Shown piece by piece: positions 58,153-64,000 of a stretch of 64,000 bases of DNA. The stretch is from Omnitrophica bacterium RIFCSPLOWO2_12_FULL_50_11 (lineage in GTDB: Bacteria; Omnitrophota; Omnitrophia; Omnitrophales; Danuiimicrobiaceae). The notes beneath the pieces were generated by a model that had not been told where the DNA came from, searched no databases, and saw only the letters and a program-made list of their open reading frames with translations. The position numbers were made by a program, and so were the translations under genes. Location: NCBI GenBank assembly GCA_001804315.1, contig MHFT01000024.1, positions 13,610-77,609 on the forward strand, in the 5' to 3' direction. Every line of letters starts with the position of its first letter. Within the stretch, counting starts at the first letter, position 1.

Positions 58153-59504
58153 ATTCTGGCCACCCCCTGAAAGAGGTTGTAATCTTCCTTTTGGAGAAGT
58201 CCTGCGGTGATCAGCCGGTCGAGGAAGCGGGGCCTCACCCCCGTAAAGCGAAAGTCGCCGACCACCTTGCCTTCTCGTGAAACCCCTTTTTGTTCGAAAA
58301 CGACGATGTCATGCATTGCGACTACCTCTTCTTCCATTCCGGTCACTTCTGATAATGACACCATACGACGGACCCCATCACTCATCCGGCTCACCTGAAT
58401 GACGACATCAATGGCGGAAGCCATCTGCCGATTGATTGCCCATTCGACCAGGTTGCTCTCTGCCATCAAGATCATCGTCTCCAGCCGGTAGAGCGCGTCG
58501 CGGGGGGAGTTGGCATGAACCGTGGTGAGGGAACCTTCATGGCCCGTGTTCATCGCTTGAAGCATATCGAGCGCTTCTGCTCCCCGTACCTCGCCTACAA
58601 TGATTCGGTCCGGTCTCATACGAAGCGCATTACGTACAAGGTCTCGCTGATGAATAGATCCACGACCTTCTAAGTTTGCAGGCCGCGTTTCAAGACGGAC
58701 CACATGACGCTGCTGGAGCTGGAGTTCAGCAGCATCTTCGATCGTAATGATTCGCTCCGAGTTCGGGATGTAACCGGAAAGGATGTTGAGCATGGTCGTT
58801 TTACCGGAACCGGTGCCGCCTGAAATCATGATGTTCAATTTGGCTTTCACGATGAGTCCAAGTAGTTTTGCGATCGGTTCGTTGATCGTTCCGAAACTAA
58901 TCAAGTGCCCGGTTTTCAGCGGATCGGTTTTAAACTTCCGAATCGAAAGAGAAGGACCGTTCAGTGCCAAAGGCGGAATAATCGCGTTCATGCGCGAACC
59001 GTCCGATAGCCGGGCGTCGACCATCGGCTGCGACTCGTCAATCCGGCGGCCGACGTGTGAAACGATGCGGTCGATGATTTGCCTCAGATGCGCTTCGTTT
59101 CGGAACACAACATCTGTCAGCTCCAGCTTCCCGAAGCGCTCCACAAATACCTGCTTGGGATGGTTGACCAAGATATCGCTCACGGTCGGATCCGAAAGAA
59201 GCGGTTCGAGCGGGCCTAAACCGAACGTTTCGTCCTCGACTTCTCTGAGCAGTCTTTTTTCTTCGCCCCGGTTGAGTGGAATCCGTTCCTGGAGGAGCAG
59301 CTTTTCTAAGATCGCGCGGATTTCATGCTGAGCCTTTTCACGATCCAGTCGTACGAGATTGCTGACGTCGATCCGGTTGATGAGTTCGCTGTGAATCTTA
59401 GCCTTAAGCTCTTGAAATAGTTTTTCGCCCTTTGCGGATACGGCATCTCTCAGATTTCCGTTCTGAGGTACTTGCTCTGCTCTAAGGCGTTCGCGGAGTG
59501 ACAT
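58149..59504 (-). CDS. cpaF: CpaF/TadA secretion ATPase
   Basis: Walker A GGTGSGKTT, RIITIEDAAEL, Asp/His boxes; 451 aa. Confidence 0.9.
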   Translation of the reverse strand: MSLRERLRAEQVPQNGNLRDAVSAKGEKLFQELKAKIHSELINRIDVSNLVRLDREKAQHEIRAILEKLLLQERIPLNRGEEKRLLREVEDETFGLGPLEPLLSDPTVSDILVNHPKQVFVERFGKLELTDVVFRNEAHLRQIIDRIVSHVGRRIDESQPMVDARLSDGSRMNAIIPPLALNGPSLSIRKFKTDPLKTGHLISFGTINEPIAKLLGLIVKAKLNIMISGGTGSGKTTMLNILSGYIPNSERIITIEDAAELQLQQRHVVRLETRPANLEGRGSIHQRDLVRNALRMRPDRIIVGEVRGAEALDMLQAMNTGHEGSLTTVHANSPRDALYRLETMILMAESNLVEWAINRQMASAIDVVIQVSRMSDGVRRMVSLSEVTGMEEEVVAMHDIVVFEQKGVSREGKVVGDFRFTGVRPRFLDRLITAGLLQKEDYNLFQGVARI

Positions 59505-60651
59505 GGGCGGTCCCTTTCTTCGTTGTTTCCACGACGAGGGCAGCCAATTTTTGTAATTCTTTCGTCAAATTGGCATTTTTTGCAACCTCGTAAAACGACT
59601 TTCCGTGATTGAGGGCGGAAAAACATGTTGAGAGATCGTCTGGGAGGCGGAAAAATACGTCCGCCGAAAGACTTTTCTGAACGACCGATGGTTCCAGTCC
59701 TCCTTTCATTCCCGAACGATTGAGCACGACCTTGACTTTTTCCGGGCTGTAGCCCAAACGCCGGAACGTATCCAAAGCGTTGCGGGCATTACAGAGGCTT
59801 AAGACATCGGGCGTCGTGAGAAGGAGAATGAGATCAGCAGAATCTAGGTACGTAATGGCAGGTTTCGAAAATTCGTGACCAACATCTGCAATGACGAATC
59901 CAAAGACACCTTTAAGGAACTGGAAAATATCGGAGGTTTGACTCGAAACAATCAATTCACCGTCCTCAGGCTGCTTGGTACAGGGAAGCACGTAGCAGCC
60001 TGAAGGATGAGTGGCAAGCGACTTTTCAAGAAGATTGGTGTCTAGGCGCGCAAAGTTTTCGATCACGTCGATCAGGATGTAATGCGGAGGGAGGTCGAGC
60101 GCGTCAGCCACATTGCCGTGCTGCAGCACCAAATCAAGCAGTAATGTCTTTCCCCATTTGTTCCGTGCAATCTCAACGGCTAAATTGACCGCTGTCAACG
60201 TCGTTCCGGTACCGCCTTTGGTAGAGAAGACCGCAATGGAACGGTGCGTTTCTTCCTCTGTAGACGACGAGTCGCAGGCGCGTTCCAAGTCTACAATTTT
60301 TTGAATGAGTTGTCTGACGTCTTCCGGCCGGATCGGTTCTGTCAGAAAATCGACCGCTCCCATCCTGAAAAATTGAAGAACGCTGTCGACGTCCTTTTCT
60401 TTTGATACCACGGCCCAATGGATGCCTGGAAACTCCTCCGCGATCGCGGCAGCCGTTTGCTGCACCGAATCCGATTTCCCGTCGGTATTGTATATGACAA
60501 GTTGGGGGCGAGCTCGGTCGAGCACCTCCTTAAGGTGGGCAAACGAGATGAGCTCGAGATGAATCGGTACAAATTTCACCTTCCGAATTTCATCCAAGAC
60601 TTTTCCTACCTCTCGATCTTCTCCTACCAATACGACCGAAAGCTCTTTCAT
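59482..60651 (-). CDS. cpaE: CpaE/TadZ (receiver-like N-domain plus MinD/ParA-type ATPase)
   Basis: N-terminal REC-like LSVVLVGEDRE...; deviant Walker A AVFSTKGGTGTTLTAVNLAVEIA. Confidence 0.8.
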   Translation of the reverse strand: MKELSVVLVGEDREVGKVLDEIRKVKFVPIHLELISFAHLKEVLDRARPQLVIYNTDGKSDSVQQTAAAIAEEFPGIHWAVVSKEKDVDSVLQFFRMGAVDFLTEPIRPEDVRQLIQKIVDLERACDSSSTEEETHRSIAVFSTKGGTGTTLTAVNLAVEIARNKWGKTLLLDLVLQHGNVADALDLPPHYILIDVIENFARLDTNLLEKSLATHPSGCYVLPCTKQPEDGELIVSSQTSDIFQFLKGVFGFVIADVGHEFSKPAITYLDSADLILLLTTPDVLSLCNARNALDTFRRLGYSPEKVKVVLNRSGMKGGLEPSVVQKSLSADVFFRLPDDLSTCFSALNHGKSFYEVAKNANLTKELQKLAALVVETTKKGTAHVTPRTP

Positions 60652-60690
60652 GAACTTTTTTCTCCTTTCCGCTTCGCCGTCACGCCTGCT

Positions 60691-61347
60691 TCAACCGTTC
60701 CGAACGACCAGCTGAATCATCCCTTGCATCATTGCGGTAACAATCCACTTCGCTTCCGCGGGGCTCACAACGAGCATGACGTCCATCATTTGTTTCCGCT
60801 CGTCTCCTCTCAGCCCAGTGACAGCGGGCTTTTTGTGAACCGCGAGAACCCTGGCATTCTCAACAATCGTTTCTGCCGTCGTGACTCCAGTCGTCTTGAA
60901 GGTAAACAAGGTCACGACATCTACACGGGCTCCCAGCTCGAGCATCTGCAGCAGTCCCTCTGCATGCTCGACAGAAACCGTGACTGCTCTCATGCCGGAC
61001 GGAATCAAGCTCGATAAATTTTCCTCGTTGCGCAGCAGTTTTGATTCCAAGATCGGTTCCTGAGCCGTAATGCTGGTTCTCGCAGTCTTCCCGGAAACGG
61101 AGCGTGTTGACCGGTAGCTTGCCTCAGGCACATTTCCTGCCGGCCACGAAGCAACATCTAATTTATCTTCTGTCAGCTTCTCGCCGATGCCGATCGCATT
61201 TTTTGCTACCACTACCGGGATCGTTGTGACAGGCGCGGCGTGGGAGACAGCCGTACGATCCTTGAGAAGTTGGTACACACTGACGCTCGCAAGCATCGCG
61301 AAAATAACCGCAAAGGTAAGCGGAACGTAGCGCCTTAAACTTTCCAT
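60691..61347 (-). CDS. cpaB: CpaB/RcpC Flp pilus assembly protein (SAF domain)
   Basis: N-terminal TM; IPVVVAKNAIGIGEKLTEDKLDVASWPAGNVPEAS (SAF domain). Confidence 0.7.
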   Translation of the reverse strand: MESLRRYVPLTFAVIFAMLASVSVYQLLKDRTAVSHAAPVTTIPVVVAKNAIGIGEKLTEDKLDVASWPAGNVPEASYRSTRSVSGKTARTSITAQEPILESKLLRNEENLSSLIPSGMRAVTVSVEHAEGLLQMLELGARVDVVTLFTFKTTGVTTAETIVENARVLAVHKKPAVTGLRGDERKQMMDVMLVVSPAEAKWIVTAMMQGMIQLVVRNG

Positions 61348-61374
61348 GTTTTCTCCTTTCTTTGTCTTTGCGTC

Positions 61375-61570
61375 ATCACGAATCCGTCGTCATTGCGAGG
61401 CCAGCGATCCTAGCAATGGCCGAAGCAATCCGCACGATCCGTCATTACGAGGAAGTATGCCAAGCAATGACGAAGTAATCTCGGATGCGAGATTGCTTCG
61501 GCAACTCCTGGGATACTGCCTCGCAATGACGGGCGAGGGATCAGCCTGGATTGCATCCTCGCAATGACGT
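61375..61570. repeat. Two adjacent family-B palindromic repeats
   Basis: cgtcattgcgagg...cgagattgcttcgg...cctcgcaatgacg. Confidence 0.65.
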
Positions 61571-62088
61571 CAGAGCACAAACAAGACAAAAAGCGTTCCA
61601 CAGCCGATCGCGCAGGCATATGGAATTTTGAGGCGCTTATCGTTTTGCGCGCCTTCAACTTCAGGAAGCACTTTCCTCGTTAAAAAGAAAAATAAAGCCT
61701 TGTCCTTGATATTCCGAAGCGTTTTCCTGAATGCTTTTCCTTTGATCATCGCCGCGACTGAAAAAATCCCGCCAAACACAGCGCTCGCAAGGAAAATCTG
61801 GAATACGAGTGCGGGACCGAGAAGGCTTCCGACCGCTCCCACTAGCTTCACATCGCCTCCACCGACACCGCCCCACGCAAATGGGAAGTAAAGAAATAGA
61901 ATTCCCACAATGAGACCAAAAAAACTTTGCTTCAGTCCTGGAAGGCCTTCACTCCAATAACCTAGAATAAGACCGAGCACAATCATCGAGAGAGTAAGCG
62001 CGTTTGGAATTTTTCTCGTTTTCCAATCGCACAAAGCAGCAGCAGCTGCGCCCGTTACTGCAATGTAAATCTGAATCATTGTATTCAC
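61570..62088 (-). CDS. tadV: Prepilin peptidase CpaA/TadV (A24 family)
   Basis: AAAAALCDWKTRKIPNALTL and the second catalytic Asp region WGGVGGGDVKL. Confidence 0.8.
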   Translation of the reverse strand: MNTMIQIYIAVTGAAAAALCDWKTRKIPNALTLSMIVLGLILGYWSEGLPGLKQSFFGLIVGILFLYFPFAWGGVGGGDVKLVGAVGSLLGPALVFQIFLASAVFGGIFSVAAMIKGKAFRKTLRNIKDKALFFFLTRKVLPEVEGAQNDKRLKIPYACAIGCGTLFVLFVL

Positions 62089-62283
62089 CTCCTTTTGTCA
62101 CTCTCTTTTTCTGCTCCCTCTAAGCTGCCGTCATCCTGAGGCCCGAAGGGCCGAAGGATCTCGTCGTGGATCCTTCGGCAGCGCTTTGGTGAGCTGCCTC
62201 AGGATGACAGCGCCAAGTTGTGCCGCGCCGGATGGTTCGCGGACAAGCACGCGAACCATCCGGCATGTGACACATCTTCGCCC

Positions 62284-62478
62284 TTATGGTGCAGGTGGCG
62301 TCGGCGGCGTTGCGTCTTCGAGTGCAGAGTCTACTGCCGTGAAGAACCCCGCAATGCGCGGTCCGAGTACCACCAGAACGGCGATTACTGCGATCGAAAT
62401 GAGCGCGATCAAAAGACCATATTCCACCATGGTCTGACCGTTTTCATCTCTTAAAAGTCGCGTCAACATGTTTTTCAC
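62284..62478 (-). CDS. flp: Flp/Fap pilin
   Basis: LLRDENGQTMVEYGLLIALISIAVIAVLVVL is the Flp motif (G/XXXXEY) plus hydrophobic stem; 64 aa. Confidence 0.85.
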   Translation of the reverse strand: MKNMLTRLLRDENGQTMVEYGLLIALISIAVIAVLVVLGPRIAGFFTAVDSALEDATPPTPPAP

Positions 62479-62619
62479 CCCCTTTCAAGGGGCGAAAAAC
62501 AAAGAGCCGAACCAACCCCGAATTACTGCGGTTAGTTCGGCTCTGTTGTACGCGACTTAGAAGCGATTCACGGTCCGACCTAACACCGCACCTAACATTC
62601 GGCAACCTGCCTACCTTAT

Positions 62620-63012
62620 CCCCCAACCGTCATTGCGAGGATGCAAGCCCAAGCATGGGCCGAAGCATTACATCGCACCGTCATTGCGAGGCAGCAAACC
62701 GAAGCATTGCCGAAGCAATCTCGCGTTCTGAGATTGCTTCGTCATCGCCTGGATTGCATCCTCGCAATGACGGTTGGGGGACTTAGGCGCACGGCTTTGC
62801 GTCCCTGCCTTTCGGCGACCGCCCAAACCACTGGCGGAGGTTTGCTATTATCGTGGTTAGTTGCTGTGCTCTCTGCTCTTCGCCTTAAATTTTGCTACAG
62901 CTTTCAAAGAACATCTCTTTAGGTCATCCTGAGGCCGCGATCCGTAGGGCGGCCGAAGGATCCAGTCAGGATTCTTCGGCAATGCCTGGGTTACAGCCTC
63001 AGAATGACGGAC
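62620..63012. repeat. Repeat block containing family-B and family-A palindromes upstream of flp
   Basis: ccgtcattgcgagg... x2 (62625-62772) and gtcatcctgagg...cctcagaatgacgg (62922-63012). Confidence 0.65.
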
Positions 63013-63048
63013 GGCCTTTTTTGTGATCCACCCGACATCTGCTTTACA

Positions 63049-64000
63049 CTACAAAACAAGACGTGTTTTCTGTAAACTGTTGTTTTCCGGCGCATCCGGA
63101 TGTGTGATCAAAGCGGAGGAATTCACTGAAATTAATTCCGCCCTGACATAGCGCTCTGATTGTGAGCCTGTGAAATTCACATCCACTATTCTTACAGCCA
63201 AGATGGCGATGACGTTGTACAGGGCATTGGCACCTTGCCCGCTCACGCCGTTGTGCACCGGCAGAAAGACTTCTTTATCCAAGATGGCCTGAAAGGCTTC
63301 GGCAACCGATTCGCCCCTGATGCCGGTCGTTCCCTCTACCTCGACTGAGCCCCATACACCCACGCCGTCTCCGGCCGGAATCGCAAAGTCTTGATCGTAT
63401 CCGTTTTCAATCCAGTCTTGAAGCTCGTCGTTACTGTTTGAGCCGCCGTTGAAATCGAGATACCAAAAATTTCCAGGGGCCTCGTTTCTCGGAAGGATAT
63501 CGACAGTGAGTCCGAGATCAAATTCTCCGTCGCCGTCTTGATCCACGATCAAATCCCGCGCCGCGAGCGGAATTAAACCCCCTCTTGCACGCACACCGAC
63601 GACGCCGGATTCTGTGACGGCAATAGACACGGCCTGTACGTTTGAGGTGTCCTTTCCGAACAACCTTGCAAAAAAAAGTGTAAGCGGACCAGAAAGGGAG
63701 CCTTCCGTTCTTTTCGCATTCACCGTGATTGCGTTTGTAGGGGTTTCGCCCGGCAGAAATTGTTCTGCATTCAAGTCGTAATAGCCGAATGCGATATCGC
63801 CGGAATCAATGAGAATCGGGGAACCGGCTACTCGATGAGTTTCTCCAAAACTGACCGCTGTTTGGCGGGCTTGAGCCAGCCCGTTTTGGATGTCCACGAC
63901 CGCCGCAAGAGCAGCAGAATCTGCGACATTTTGAAGTTCGGCTTTCGTGACAAAAATATGTCCGAAATCCGCTACGAGTGCAAAGAACGTAATGAAGGCA
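63049..64000 (-). CDS. TadE/TadG-like protein (partial, runs off window end)
   Basis: The reverse-strand frame is open to the window edge; translation of 63898-64000 gives AFITFFALVADFGHIFVTKAELQNVADSAALAAV, the TadE/G N-terminal motif. Confidence 0.6.
   Translation of the reverse strand, partial: AFITFFALVADFGHIFVTKAELQNVADSAALAAVVDIQNGLAQARQTAVSFGETHRVAGSPILIDSGDIAFGYYDLNAEQFLPGETPTNAITVNAKRTEGSLSGPLTLFFARLFGKDTSNVQAVSIAVTESGVVGVRARGGLIPLAARDLIVDQDGDGEFDLGLTVDILPRNEAPGNFWYLDFNGGSNSNDELQDWIENGYDQDFAIPAGDGVGVWGSVEVEGTTGIRGESVAEAFQAILDKEVFLPVHNGVSGQGANALYNVIAILAVRIVDVNFTGSQSERYVRAELISVNSSALITHPDAPENNSLQKTRLVL

Noticed and set aside
1-64000. CRISPR array
   Set aside because: The abundant repeats are dispersed palindromes of several families with no regular repeat-spacer periodicity. 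No cas genes are present.
1-64000. tRNA, rRNA or tmRNA genes in intergenic regions
   Set aside because: Intergenic stretches (11826-12012, 14564-14797, 37977-38260, 39098-39420, 40296-40503, 50491-50985, 53864-54090, 55498-55797, 62479-63048) were inspected. They contain palindromic repeats and promoters but no cloverleaf-compatible sequence or conserved rRNA motifs.

Overview
Bacterial chromosomal window of about 50% GC, densely coded and unusually rich in short palindromic repeat families that sit both in intergenic DNA and in-frame inside genes. It is probably from an uncultivated lineage; the combination of a giant gene and translated palindromic elements is reminiscent of Omnitrophota-type genomes, but I cannot verify taxonomy.

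Ordinary content:
- Housekeeping genes: mutY, a YgfZ/GcvT-like folate-binding protein, pyrE, an SDR oxidoreductase, iscS, ilvD, a split transketolase (N and C subunits), a Rieske ferredoxin, an FNR-like oxidoreductase, folA-thyA, sodC and an M24 peptidase.
- c-di-GMP proteins: a PilZ protein and a REC-GAF-GGDEF-EAL protein.
- A complete tad/flp pilus locus on the minus strand (flp, tadV, cpaB, cpaE, cpaF, tadB, tadC, a DUF192 gene and TadG-like genes) with no recognisable secretin.
- A phd-vapC toxin-antitoxin pair and an orphan phd antitoxin, which flank the giant gene.

The outstanding feature is a single stop-free 22.9 kb ORF (14798..37675, 7625 aa) driven by a near-consensus TTGAAA-17-TATAAT promoter. 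It fuses a signal peptide, a ChaN/TIKI-like domain (paralogous to the N-terminus of the upstream 1035-aa protein), transmembrane segments, a full GT35 alpha-glucan phosphorylase, five tandem XRE helix-turn-helix domains, a complete sigma-70-type sigma factor module, HEAT repeats, a complete FliA/sigma-28-like module and a further XRE HTH.

Overlapping and nested signals in the giant ORF:
- Several families of palindromic MITE/RPE-like repeats inserted in-frame.
- A recurring CTGAGGTGCGG motif that encodes (A/P/S)EVR.
- Bona fide antisense genes nested entirely within it: a hicB-hicA toxin-antitoxin pair, and two paralogous small coiled-coil genes that each carry their own TTGACA promoter and AAGGAG ribosome-binding site on a duplicated ~168-nt module.

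The window's left edge cuts an HTH plus leucine-zipper (IS3 OrfA-like) gene. No rRNA, tRNA or CRISPR array was found.
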